Below are positions 1 to 9,389 of a stretch of 32,000 bases of DNA, piece by piece. Within the stretch, counting starts at the first letter, position 1, and each line of letters starts with the position of its first letter. Below the pieces are notes generated by a model. That model was not told where the DNA came from, made no database searches, and saw only the letters and a list, made by a program, of their open reading frames with translations. The position numbers and the translations under genes were made by a program. Source of the stretch: an uncultured archaeon (GTDB lineage Archaea > Asgardarchaeota > Thorarchaeia > Thorarchaeales > Thorarchaeaceae); NCBI GenBank assembly GCA_964354495.1, contig CAYHAA010000006.1:1-32000 (forward strand), in the 5' to 3' direction.

Positions 1-390
1 TCACAGAATGAAGTTATCCTGTGAGCGTGATAAGGCGTGCACCAATATTGATGGAACCATTCCTGTCAGCATTGGTCTTATGCTCACATGAGGGGCAGAT
101 GAAAGAGTTCTGCCTGGGCCGGACTCCCTTCGCCCCGCATTTCCAACACATGATAGAGGTCCACGACTCTTGAATAATCCTGAATCTTGAGCCTTTCCCG
201 CTTGTGTTCCATCCCAGCTGTGCCAATTGGAGTGCTATTCCTTCGGTGATTCTGGCGAATGCCCAAGAGTGAATCAGTCGTCTGAATCCTCTGCTCTTGC
301 ATGTGATTTTTTGAGCACCCACCCGGATATTCTTCAGACGCCCAATAGCAACAAAGAGGGTGTAACATTCGGATAGTTCAAGAATGTAAG
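1..390 (-). pseudogene. tnpB: TnpB-family RNA-guided nuclease remnant (C-terminal RuvC-II/Zn-finger/RuvC-III part only)
   Basis: The translation SYILELSECYTLFVAIGRLKNIR...IQESWTSIMCWKCG...CPSC...NADRNGSINI aligns closely with the intact TnpB at 13605-15287. There is an in-frame TAG at about 390, with no recognisable homology further upstream. An in-frame TAA at 14-16 sits where the intact copy has Ser (TKSLHSV vs TG*LHSV). Homology runs off the window edge. Confidence 0.9.
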
Positions 391-494
391 ACTAAAGAAG
401 ACATAATCCGGATTCATCATATGGCTTAGATGATTTGCCTTATAGGTCAGTCCTTTTCATTCTCGAAATACCCCACGGAGAGAGGCAGTGTCCA

Positions 495-1286
495 TTGACA
501 AAATATGATGACATCATCAAGGAACGTCGCGAGATTCTGAAGGCACATGACTATGACGAAATTCCTCCTGATGAGTGGTGGAAGCCACATCAAGGAAAGG
601 GAGTACCACCTCCACCTCTCGAGAAACCATTCCCCAAAGATGCGAAGCTCGTTGACCTAGTAAGCCCTAGAGATTTCACCTCTGGTAACTTGCCCCTTAG
701 AGAGGTGATCCGTAAGAGAAGGAGTCGTAGAAGATTCATTGAAAAGCAGCTTACGCTGGAAGAATTATCGTTTCTTCTGTGGAGCACGCAGGGTGTAAGA
801 GCTGTCGACAAGAATCTAGTATGGACCCTACGTACTGTTCCTTCAGGTGGGGCAAGGCATCCATTTGAAACCTACTTGATTGTGAATTGGGTAGAGGGAG
901 TGAAAGATGGTTTATATCGATATTTGCCAATCGAGCATAAGCTGCTCCTGATTAGAGAAACCGATTCTAAAATCCAAGAGCATGTGACAGAGATATGTCA
1001 TGGACAGGAGTTCTGTGGAAAATCAGCTGTCTTCTTTGTTTGGGCAGTGATTCCATACAGATCCGAATGGAGATACAGCATTCAAGCTTACAAGGACGTA
1101 GCAATGGAGGCAGGTCATGTATGCCAGAACCTGTACCTTGCAAGCGAGTCGATTGGTGCAGGAACATGTGCGATTGCGTCATACAATCAGAAAGGAGTAG
1201 ATGAGCTGATCGGTGTAGATGGTGAGAGTGAGTTCGCTATCTATGTTGCACCAGTTGGCAAGGTTGGAAACGATGCGGAATCTTGA
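495..1286 (+). CDS. SagB/ThcOx-type nitroreductase-family dehydrogenase
   Basis: Motifs RRSRRRF, LRTVPSGGARHPFETY, GLYRY and MEAGHVCQNLYL are typical. The ORF opens at 435, but TTG at 495 follows a GAGAGG SD-like motif and is the more likely start. Confidence 0.9.
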   Translation: MTKYDDIIKERREILKAHDYDEIPPDEWWKPHQGKGVPPPPLEKPFPKDAKLVDLVSPRDFTSGNLPLREVIRKRRSRRRFIEKQLTLEELSFLLWSTQGVRAVDKNLVWTLRTVPSGGARHPFETYLIVNWVEGVKDGLYRYLPIEHKLLLIRETDSKIQEHVTEICHGQEFCGKSAVFFVWAVIPYRSEWRYSIQAYKDVAMEAGHVCQNLYLASESIGAGTCAIASYNQKGVDELIGVDGESEFAIYVAPVGKVGNDAES

Positions 1287-1325
1287 AAGGGCTGTAAGTT
1301 CGTAGAGCTGCGGGGGCTCAGCCCG

Positions 1326-3509
1326 CTGAAACGTCCGATTGAAGTAACATTTCCTCTAGATGAGGTCAATAAGATAGCAGAGATGGAATCAACGGGGTTT
1401 GGCAGACGCCATTATAGGCCGGTCTATGTCATGCATAAATGGTGGGCACGACGACTAGGTTCTGTATTCCGAGCTCTTCTTCTGTACTCACTAGCAGACA
1501 ATGACCTTCAAGACTGGGATGGAAATCCGGAGAGCCTTCGGGATTTCTACTCAAAGGATGTCGATTTTGGGGGAAAGATAGTACTTGATCCCATGATGGG
1601 CGGAGGAACAACGGTAGTTGAGGCATTGAAACTTGGTTGTAAGGTCGTAGGTGGAGACCTCAATCCGGTAGCTTGGTTCATCGTGAAGAAGACTGTGGAG
1701 GATATCGATCCGGCGAAACTCCGCCAGACTCTGATTGATATTGATAGTGAATTGGGGGAGAGTCTTCGAAAGTACTATCGCACATCGTGCCCGGAGTGTG
1801 GGAACGAAGCAGAGGGTATCTACTATTTCTACTGCAAGGATGCCCTTTGCCCAGAATGCGCAAATGTAATTCCACTAATGCGCAATTACTTTCTCTCAAA
1901 ATCGCCATCTGTGCAGGGTGACTATGTCGTATGTCCTCGTTGTTGGAATGTGTTCTTGACAGAAAACGCCAAAAAAACAGCAAAATGCTCCAAATGTGAG
2001 GAGGTTTTCACACCAACGGATAGATCTCTTGTTTCAGGTCGAGCATTCAGATGCGAGAACACCTCATGCAAAAAACATAGCATAGTCAAGACCATCAGAG
2101 ATTCTGGGACAAGACTCAATGAGCGTCTGTATGCTATCGAGTTCTACTGTAGGCATTGTGATGAGTTGGGAAATAAGAAGCTGAGAAATGGGAGAGGGTA
2201 CAAGTCTGCTGATAGTGAAGACCTCGCGTTGTTGGAGTCTGCTCATACAGAGTTCAGAAGAATTCGTGATACATTACCACTGCCAGATGGGGCACTACCC
2301 CTTGGGGTGGAAACTAGGCGTGCATTAAACCACGGGTACTTGAATTTTCAAGATATGTTCAATGCCAGACAGCTCTTGAACCTTGGAAAGATCTATCGGT
2401 GGATTCTGGGTGTTCAAGATTGGAATCTGAGAGAGTTCTTGATTCTCGCCTTCTCAAACTGCCTAAAGTACAACAACATGTTTGCGAAGTACAATGCTAC
2501 AAGAGGATTCATCACAGATATCTTCAGAACACATTCATTTTCGCCATCCCTGTCTCCTGTGGAGGCTAACTGCTATGATACCTCAAAGGGCAGAGGCGCC
2601 TTCACTGCGTTCGTGAAGCTGGTAATTGAGGGGAAGGAGTATTGCCGAGAACCATTTGAGCGAGTCTTTGATGGAAAATCGATGAAAAAAGTCACTCTTC
2701 AGAACAGAATCGATGGAAAACTGGCTCGGAACTATACCGACTTTCATCACGGAGCAAATGTACTCCTCCTATGTGGGTCATCAGAGTCTGTTCCCATTCC
2801 TGACTCAAGTGTTGATGCAGTGGTTACGGATCCGCCATACTCCGGCAATGTGATGTATTCAGAACTGTCCAACTTCTTCTATGTCTGGTTGAGAATTGGA
2901 TTGAAAGAGAGGTATCAGGAATTTAGAACAGAATATGTGCCATGGGTCGATGAAATAATCGAGAACAAGACGCAGGCGAAGGGTCGAGAGGAGTATGTAC
3001 GGGGTCTAACAAAGGTGTTCTCAGAATCGAAACGAGTGTTAATTCAGGATGGCATTCTGGTTTTTACCTTCCATCATACGAGACTGTCAGTATGGGGTGC
3101 GCTCTTAGAGGCCTTACTTCAATCCGGTTTCTATATCACAGCAACATATCCTGTGAGAAGTGAGATGAAGGCGTCAACACACCTTCACGAGATGGAGAAC
3201 ATCGCGTACGACATGGTCTTTGTATGCAGAAAGAAGACTACTAATCCAACAGCAGTCCAGTGGTCTACTCTTCGGGCATGTGTTGTTCAGTCCGTTGCTG
3301 AAACACTCGAAAACCTTCAGAAGAATGGACTATCGACAAGTGAGCAAGACCTCTTTGCTATTGCACTTGGTAAGTTGCTGCAATTCTATTCGAAGTACTA
3401 TCCTAATGTGAAAGACGAAGAACGTGAGGTGCGTCCAGATCTAGCTCTTTCACTGATTGAAGCAGATATCACCGACATTCTTCATAGTGGTTCTATGTGC
3501 AGTTTATAG
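1326..3509 (+). CDS. Adenine-specific DNA methyltransferase with Zn ribbons (DUF1156/COG1743-like)
   Basis: N-terminal HKWWARR motif, SAM-binding LDPMMGGGTT, catalytic VTDPPY followed by YSELSNFFYVWLR, and several CxxC pairs. The first ATG is at 1383, but the family-like N-terminus RPIEVTFPLDEVNKIAEME begins after CTG at 1326. Confidence 0.9.
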   Translation: MKRPIEVTFPLDEVNKIAEMESTGFGRRHYRPVYVMHKWWARRLGSVFRALLLYSLADNDLQDWDGNPESLRDFYSKDVDFGGKIVLDPMMGGGTTVVEALKLGCKVVGGDLNPVAWFIVKKTVEDIDPAKLRQTLIDIDSELGESLRKYYRTSCPECGNEAEGIYYFYCKDALCPECANVIPLMRNYFLSKSPSVQGDYVVCPRCWNVFLTENAKKTAKCSKCEEVFTPTDRSLVSGRAFRCENTSCKKHSIVKTIRDSGTRLNERLYAIEFYCRHCDELGNKKLRNGRGYKSADSEDLALLESAHTEFRRIRDTLPLPDGALPLGVETRRALNHGYLNFQDMFNARQLLNLGKIYRWILGVQDWNLREFLILAFSNCLKYNNMFAKYNATRGFITDIFRTHSFSPSLSPVEANCYDTSKGRGAFTAFVKLVIEGKEYCREPFERVFDGKSMKKVTLQNRIDGKLARNYTDFHHGANVLLLCGSSESVPIPDSSVDAVVTDPPYSGNVMYSELSNFFYVWLRIGLKERYQEFRTEYVPWVDEIIENKTQAKGREEYVRGLTKVFSESKRVLIQDGILVFTFHHTRLSVWGALLEALLQSGFYITATYPVRSEMKASTHLHEMENIAYDMVFVCRKKTTNPTAVQWSTLRACVVQSVAETLENLQKNGLSTSEQDLFAIALGKLLQFYSKYYPNVKDEEREVRPDLALSLIEADITDILHSGSMCSL

Positions 3510-3531
3510 CAGGCGTGTCGCACTAGACTGT

Positions 3532-3783
3532 ATGAGAACGACACGGGTACTGCGTACGTGGGATCGAACAAAGGCTGAGTTTGTTGAGATTCCTGTCCAG
3601 TATCAACCAGACACATCTCTATCATGTGAGGAATGCAGGTATTTCGATGACAGTTCTGGAATCTGCCTTGGTGTCGGCTCAGCATACTACATGAAGAAGA
3701 CCCCACGTCATGAGTTCGTACCACGTTATGCTGAGTGCCGAATCAGACTTCCCCCAGACCTTCTCTCTTTCGCCGAGTCCTAG
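3532..3783 (+). CDS. Small putative Zn-binding protein (CxxC...C...C), hypothetical
   Basis: 83-aa ORF from ATG 3532, directly after the methyltransferase. It has four Cys (CEEC-x8-C...C) and a TAG stop that overlaps the convergent ecfT end. Confidence 0.55.
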   Translation: MRTTRVLRTWDRTKAEFVEIPVQYQPDTSLSCEECRYFDDSSGICLGVGSAYYMKKTPRHEFVPRYAECRIRLPPDLLSFAES

Positions 3784-4598
3784 AGAACTCCAACTAATCG
3801 TGGTATGAAACCAAGAGAGAGAGAAACACATAGTACAAGATAAGCAAGAGCGATGAGAAGGACAAGAGTGTCTCGAGCGTGCCATTCTGATTTTCGTAAA
3901 TAGGTCCTTGTATTGCTATATCCGAACCCACGACCATCCATGGATATTGATAGTGCTTCAACACGAGATAATGAAGATACAAGAAGTGGAAAGAAGGTAT
4001 ATTGAACTGTCCGCAACAGCTTGCGAATTCCGCCTATCTCAGGCTCAATGCCCCTCGACTTTTGGGCCAGGCGAACCACCTGATTCTCAGAGTCAAAGAG
4101 GGGTAGGAATCGGAGAGCTATGACAAGAGCAAAACTGTACCTGAATGGTATTCTCAGACGAGTCAGTGAATGTGCAAGCAATGTAGGGTCAGTGACGGAA
4201 ACAAAGAGCATACTCGATAGAACGATGAGGAGGAATCTGAGCGATATTGAGAGACCTCGTTCGATTCCATAGTCCGTTATTGGAAAGTAGGGACCAAAAT
4301 CCCCTAACTGTGGGATAATGAAACCGAAGACCGTACCATTGGGAGTGAGTACAACCTGGAATAGCAGTAAAATCATTGAGAACAGAATGATGAACTTCGT
4401 ACGTCGTTGTGAGAACTTTAGTGATGTCCGTGAAGCTTTGAATAATACCAAGACGAGCAGAAGGAGAATGAGACTAAGTCGCCAGCTTGGATAGATCAAT
4501 ATGCCAATCAATACGAACATCAACAGGAACAAGTTCAGAAGAGGGTTGAGCCTTCGGATTGAGGAGTCATCCAGAGTGTAAGTAGGCTGTGCCCCCAT
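3780..4598 (-). CDS. ecfT: ECF transporter transmembrane (T) component, EcfT/CbiQ family
   Basis: Multiple TM helices, ALRFLP, AQKSRG and the second ARG-like motif (SMDGRGF). Confidence 0.93.
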   Translation of the reverse strand: MGAQPTYTLDDSSIRRLNPLLNLFLLMFVLIGILIYPSWRLSLILLLLVLVLFKASRTSLKFSQRRTKFIILFSMILLLFQVVLTPNGTVFGFIIPQLGDFGPYFPITDYGIERGLSISLRFLLIVLSSMLFVSVTDPTLLAHSLTRLRIPFRYSFALVIALRFLPLFDSENQVVRLAQKSRGIEPEIGGIRKLLRTVQYTFFPLLVSSLSRVEALSISMDGRGFGYSNTRTYLRKSEWHARDTLVLLIALAYLVLCVSLSLGFIPRLVGVL

Positions 4599-4601
4599 GT
4601 A

Positions 4602-6047
4602 CTATTCCGCCCCCAAGCTGACGAATTCAGCTCGATTCGTTTCTATCAGTCGTTGGAATACTATCTCTGGTGGGCCATCGAGCAAAATCGACCCATTTTC
4701 CATGAAAACAACACGATCACAGTGATTTTTCGCAAAATCTGTGTCGTGAGTCACTACTAGAGATGCACCCCCGGCCTGAGCTGCCTCAGCTAGAATTCTC
4801 ATAATGAATCTACGGCCATCCAGATCTTGGCCGATAAACGGCTCATCAAACAAGATGATGTCAGGAGAGTGCACTGATACTGAGCTTACATTCAGTCGTC
4901 TCTTCTGTCCATGACTTAACGTGAAGGGGTTTCTCTCTCTCATAGTAGCAAGGCCTGCGAGTTCTAGGAGTTCGGTTGCCCTCTGGTGGCTTTCCGCATC
5001 CCGAATACCAAGTATATCTGCTGTTAGGTTCTGTTCTCTCCAGACAGTTCGTTCGAAGATCTGGTGGTTGGGGTTCTGGAATACAATGGAGAGTGTCCGA
5101 GTGATCTCTTTCCTATCGATACCATGAATGGGTGTTTCTCCAAGATACACTGTCCCTGTTTCGGGTGTCAGCAGTCCACCAAGGAGTTGGACTAGAGTCG
5201 TCTTTCCGGATCCATTCGCTCCCATGAGCGCGATTATTTCGCCTTCATGAATTGCTAGACTCACATCTTGAAGGACTCGATTCGTTCCGTATGAAAAACT
5301 GACATCTTTCGTTGATAAAACGCGGTCGCCCAGCTGAACCGGAGGTTTTTGCAGATCTGGTTCCTGCGATATCTCAGGAGGATGCCAAGTCGATATTGTT
5401 CCATTCGAAATGACTAGAATTCGATCAGAAATCTGTCGAAACGCGTTCAAATTGTGCTCGATACAGACAACTCCGACATTTCGTGCCTTCAGACCTGACA
5501 AGATGCTCCGGAGTGAAAGTATCCCTTTTGGGTCTAGGCTCGATGAGGGCTCATCAAGGATGATATAATCTGGCTGGCACGAGAGCATTGATGCTATGGC
5601 CACTCTCTGTTTTTCTCCACCTGAAAGTGCATAAGTGGGTCTAAGGCGAAGATGGCTGGAGTCTACTTCAGCAAGCGTGGAATCTACCAAGTTTCTAATC
5701 GACTCCAACTCAAATCCGTAATTCTCCGGCCCAAATGCTACCTCGTCAGCAACCCTCAACGTACAGATTTGGCTATCTGGATCTTGTTGAACGAGCGATA
5801 CTCTCTTGGATATCTCTGCAATCGAGAGACCGCTAGTATCTGTGCCATCGATTAGAAGAGTCCCGGAAAAAAATCCTTTGATGCTCCGAGGAATGAAACC
5901 AGACATGCATTTGGCAAGAGTGGACTTGCCAGAACCTGTGGGACCGGTGATTGTGACAATCTCGCCTCGAGCTATCTGGAGATTGACTGACCTCAGAACC
6001 TGTGTTATTCCATCGTATGAAAAGGACAGGTTCTGTACTTCAAACAT
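4602..6047 (-). CDS. ecfA: ECF/ABC transporter ATP-binding protein with two fused ATPase domains
   Basis: Two Walker A motifs (GPTGSGKST, GANGSGKTT), signatures LSGGEKQR and LSHGQKRR, two DEP Walker B motifs and H-loops. Confidence 0.95.
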   Translation of the reverse strand: MFEVQNLSFSYDGITQVLRSVNLQIARGEIVTITGPTGSGKSTLAKCMSGFIPRSIKGFFSGTLLIDGTDTSGLSIAEISKRVSLVQQDPDSQICTLRVADEVAFGPENYGFELESIRNLVDSTLAEVDSSHLRLRPTYALSGGEKQRVAIASMLSCQPDYIILDEPSSSLDPKGILSLRSILSGLKARNVGVVCIEHNLNAFRQISDRILVISNGTISTWHPPEISQEPDLQKPPVQLGDRVLSTKDVSFSYGTNRVLQDVSLAIHEGEIIALMGANGSGKTTLVQLLGGLLTPETGTVYLGETPIHGIDRKEITRTLSIVFQNPNHQIFERTVWREQNLTADILGIRDAESHQRATELLELAGLATMRERNPFTLSHGQKRRLNVSSVSVHSPDIILFDEPFIGQDLDGRRFIMRILAEAAQAGGASLVVTHDTDFAKNHCDRVVFMENGSILLDGPPEIVFQRLIETNRAEFVSLGAE

Positions 6048-6056
6048 CTTCTTCGC

Positions 6057-7130
6057 CTAGTAGATTTCTAATGTGATGACTTGACGCACCCAGAGAGAGC
6101 CATCATAGTTCGCCGCGATGAGCCAAAGACCGTCATCAGTTATTGTAAGAAGCATATTATGGTCGTCCATCACAACGCTCAAGTCCTCGAACCTAACAGC
6201 ATAACCATCTCGAGCAGATACTTGTAGCCCTGTAGCTTCTGGGAGTGGACTTGCCTGTGCAAGAATCGTGGTGATTAGAATACCTGTGTAATTTGTGAGT
6301 GGAATGTGTGTATAGGCACCAATCAGTTCAGCTTCGATTGTCACCTCATAATCTGCAAAGTCTTCGAAACGGAAAGAAAACGGCGTTTCGACAAGCCCCT
6401 TCACTTCACAGGTATAGGGATCAGCAAATGCATGAGAAACATTTGTTGTATAGTAGAGAGTACCTATAGTCAAGAAGAGAACAAAGGCAATAGCAGGAAG
6501 ATTCCTGTACACTAATGTCTTGGTTGTCCTAACCGCCGGTATTGTTCGCTGACTCTGAAAACCTGGAACCATACCTGCTTCATTGAGGAACTCCAGCGTT
6601 TCCCATGCAAAATAGCCTGCGAAAATGACTCCCGAACAGAATGCAAGAATCGTAATTGCCGTTATGTAGACAAGAGGAGCTCCTGTGAAGTATAGTATTT
6701 GTAATACAATGACATTCGCAGCCGCAGAAACTCCTGCTCCCAACCACCAGACTACACGGGAACTCTCTCGGGGATTATTCTTGGAACCAGCAGCTCTGGC
6801 ACTCATATCAATGATGATGCCCTGGACAAGGGAAACAAAGACGATGGCAATCCCGTGTGTACTCCCTGTGAACATCTCGACCGTGCCCTTGAGCAGACCT
6901 CCAGCTGTACCAGCTCCAAGCTTCGGTACAATTACTCTGATTAGCACTAGCCAAAACACATGAAGTCCAGCCATGAACTGGCCTGCTCCGAACGGAACTC
7001 CCAAGGCAAGATTGACGAGGTTCCCCAGATAGCCGATGAAGGTGCTCAAGGCGCCGCCAAGTGAAGCCAGTATCGCAATTGTCACGATATCCCTCGTAGT
7101 AACTGAAGAATCTAGACTGCTCAAGATCAT
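6057..7130 (-). CDS. ECF S component fused to a C-terminal molybdopterin-oxidoreductase-like domain
   Basis: N-terminus TRDIVTIAILASLGG followed by about 6 TM helices (S-component like), then an extra TM and a soluble domain VKGLVETPFSF...YTGILITTIL...VSARDGYAV. Likely start is ATG 7130, just after the upstream TGA at 7139-7141. Confidence 0.8.
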   Translation of the reverse strand: MILSSLDSSVTTRDIVTIAILASLGGALSTFIGYLGNLVNLALGVPFGAGQFMAGLHVFWLVLIRVIVPKLGAGTAGGLLKGTVEMFTGSTHGIAIVFVSLVQGIIIDMSARAAGSKNNPRESSRVVWWLGAGVSAAANVIVLQILYFTGAPLVYITAITILAFCSGVIFAGYFAWETLEFLNEAGMVPGFQSQRTIPAVRTTKTLVYRNLPAIAFVLFLTIGTLYYTTNVSHAFADPYTCEVKGLVETPFSFRFEDFADYEVTIEAELIGAYTHIPLTNYTGILITTILAQASPLPEATGLQVSARDGYAVRFEDLSVVMDDHNMLLTITDDGLWLIAANYDGSLWVRQVITLEIY

Positions 7131-7138
7131 CCACAAGG

Positions 7139-8401
7139 TCATCCAGCAACAACCTCCAGAAATGATACGAACCGTATCCAACGCGAACCTGCAGAAACAA
7201 CCGGGCTAGAGGAAGTGAGCATTGCATCCATGTTGCTGTAGGCACCATCAGGAGGGATCATCACAAGCCGCATACCATCAGTCCAATCCAAGACACGTGT
7301 TCCGTTATACTCATAGGCAAGAATCATTGGTCCCTGAAGCTCAGCCCAAGAAGCATTCGGGTAGACATTGGAATAGCTGAATTCCTGGAAATATCCATCG
7401 AAGGACATCACGACCAGTGTGTCGTTTGTTCCCATTCCCCCTACTAGTTCAATCAGAGTAGAAATGGCAATACCCTCATAGACACCTTGACCGCGCCAGT
7501 TGTCAAATTGATTCTCGAAGGATGAGAACCTCTCTGTTGGTACCATCTGAAGAAGATCATTCAGAGATAGAGTCGCATCTTCAGTGACGCCCCTCACAAC
7601 GACTGTATCTCGTAGTATTATCGGTGAACCTAGTGATACTGTTTCGATATACAGGTCGGATTGAGTCACTGTGACATTCACAAAATGATAGATTCCACCG
7701 TGGTCTTCATCTGCATAGAGACTTGCACCAGCTCCCCCGGTCATAATATATCTGACGCCATTGGCTATACTATCATTGAAGACATGGATATGCCCCGTGA
7801 AGACAACATCCACATTCTGTTCTTCAAAGAGTGCCATGAGCCTTGTACTAGTTGTGGTATTGATCAAGGAGTGATCTAGTTGTGAGAGTGGGTTAAAGGG
7901 TGGGATGTGGGTGAAGACGAACTTGTACTCCGAATCGGTCTGGGACAGGTCCTGTTCCAACCAAGCTAACTCATGCTCAGCAACATCACCCGAGGAGGTA
8001 TTGAATACTGCAATATGAGCAGGACCGCTATCAAAGGAGTATGTAGGACTGCCGAAGTACTCTGCATACAACACGCCCCCGCCCTCCTTGATATCATGAT
8101 TACCTATTGTAGTGTATACAGGTACCTGAGCTTGGTCGAGAACTGCCTTGATTTCTTGATATTGGTTCTCATGCCCAAAAGATGTAAGGTCTCCACAGTG
8201 GAGAATGAACTGAGGCCTATATTGGTTAGCAGCAGCCACAATCTGCTCAACCCCACCTTGGTATCCCTGTGAGTCACCGAACACATAGAAGTTCAGGGTG
8301 GTGCTATCATCTGATGAGAGGAAGAGAACTACTCCAACAGTTGTACTGACAAGAAGAATCGCTGTGATTGACAGCACCAGTACAGACTTTCGTTGCTCCA
8401 A
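7139..8401 (-). CDS. Membrane-anchored calcineurin-like metallophosphoesterase with a C-terminal molybdopterin-oxidoreductase-like domain
   Basis: N-terminal TM/signal segment. Metallophosphoesterase motifs GDSQ, GDLT, GNHD, FTH and GHIH. C-terminal domain YEGIAISTLI...SFDGY...MILAYEYNG...MRLV. Confidence 0.88.
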   Translation of the reverse strand: MEQRKSVLVLSITAILLVSTTVGVVLFLSSDDSTTLNFYVFGDSQGYQGGVEQIVAAANQYRPQFILHCGDLTSFGHENQYQEIKAVLDQAQVPVYTTIGNHDIKEGGGVLYAEYFGSPTYSFDSGPAHIAVFNTSSGDVAEHELAWLEQDLSQTDSEYKFVFTHIPPFNPLSQLDHSLINTTTSTRLMALFEEQNVDVVFTGHIHVFNDSIANGVRYIMTGGAGASLYADEDHGGIYHFVNVTVTQSDLYIETVSLGSPIILRDTVVVRGVTEDATLSLNDLLQMVPTERFSSFENQFDNWRGQGVYEGIAISTLIELVGGMGTNDTLVVMSFDGYFQEFSYSNVYPNASWAELQGPMILAYEYNGTRVLDWTDGMRLVMIPPDGAYSNMDAMLTSSSPVVSAGSRWIRFVSFLEVVAG

Positions 8402-8513
8402 GGCTCATAGTACTCTCCGAATGACTCTAAGCGATATGCATGACTGTATACTTCGGTTATGAAATGAATCACAATATGAACATTGGGGAGCAGCCACAGG
8501 GGACAGGTGAGTC

Positions 8514-9296
8514 TTAGCCCTTGGGTAGTCCCTCGGTTCGAATTCTCTCAGAGAACTCTAGGATTCCACTATCTCTACGCCAGACCGATGTCTGTTGCAG
8601 TGTGTCAGCTATGACAGTAGTGAATTCGTCCTCCAGAGCGGCATCTCTCTCTTGCCCAAGCAGGGAGAGGTACGTATCCAGAAGACGCCATGAGAGCGCT
8701 CTCTTTCTTGAGTCGAAAATCGGATTGGTATCTAATAGACTAGCACTAATACCAGCAATATCGAGCATCCAAGGTCCAGAACGTGATTCTTCAAAGTCAA
8801 GACCATAGAGTGTATTCTCATGGTAGATGAAGTTCCTCAGACGCGGGTCCCCCTTGATTTGTCTGTGAACAGAGTGGTAGTCGTAATACCAATGTGCCAA
8901 CTTGTCAATAATGCGTGAATCAAATGTGTGGTTTATTGCATCAACGAGAACTTCGCCAGGTATGAAAGACATGAGAATCACTCCATCTCGTGCCTCTATC
9001 ACCTCTGGAACTGCTAGGCCGTGCTTCCGACTGGATAACAGGACAGACACCTCCTTATCGTAACTGCCAGCAACAAACATCTTTGCGACCAGTTCCACAG
9101 ATCTCGACCTCTTTGATGACACTGTAAGGTGGAGTACTACATTCTTCCTACTTCTCAGACGATGGACATGCACTAGTACTGCATTCTTGCCGAACTTCTC
9201 CTGTAAAATTCGGTCCAATGTATCAATATGACTAGGTGGTAACGGCTTTCCATCAATCCCTCGTGGGAGCTCACCGAGCCACTTTATGAGGTCCAT
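8514..9296 (-). CDS. Protein-kinase-like/phosphotransferase (RIO/Bud32/APH-like fold)
   Basis: VAK (ATP Lys), helix-C Glu, GLAVPEV, MSFIPG hinge, catalytic loop KGDPRLRN and LDFE metal-binding motif. Confidence 0.8.
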   Translation of the reverse strand: MDLIKWLGELPRGIDGKPLPPSHIDTLDRILQEKFGKNAVLVHVHRLRSRKNVVLHLTVSSKRSRSVELVAKMFVAGSYDKEVSVLLSSRKHGLAVPEVIEARDGVILMSFIPGEVLVDAINHTFDSRIIDKLAHWYYDYHSVHRQIKGDPRLRNFIYHENTLYGLDFEESRSGPWMLDIAGISASLLDTNPIFDSRKRALSWRLLDTYLSLLGQERDAALEDEFTTVIADTLQQTSVWRRDSGILEFSERIRTEGLPKG

Positions 9297-9389
9297 AGCA
9301 TCACAACTTCTGTAGCATAGTCTCTATTAGCATTGCGTCAAGACCAATCAGATTTTAACAAATCAGGGTAGAGGCATCATGTGTAAGCA

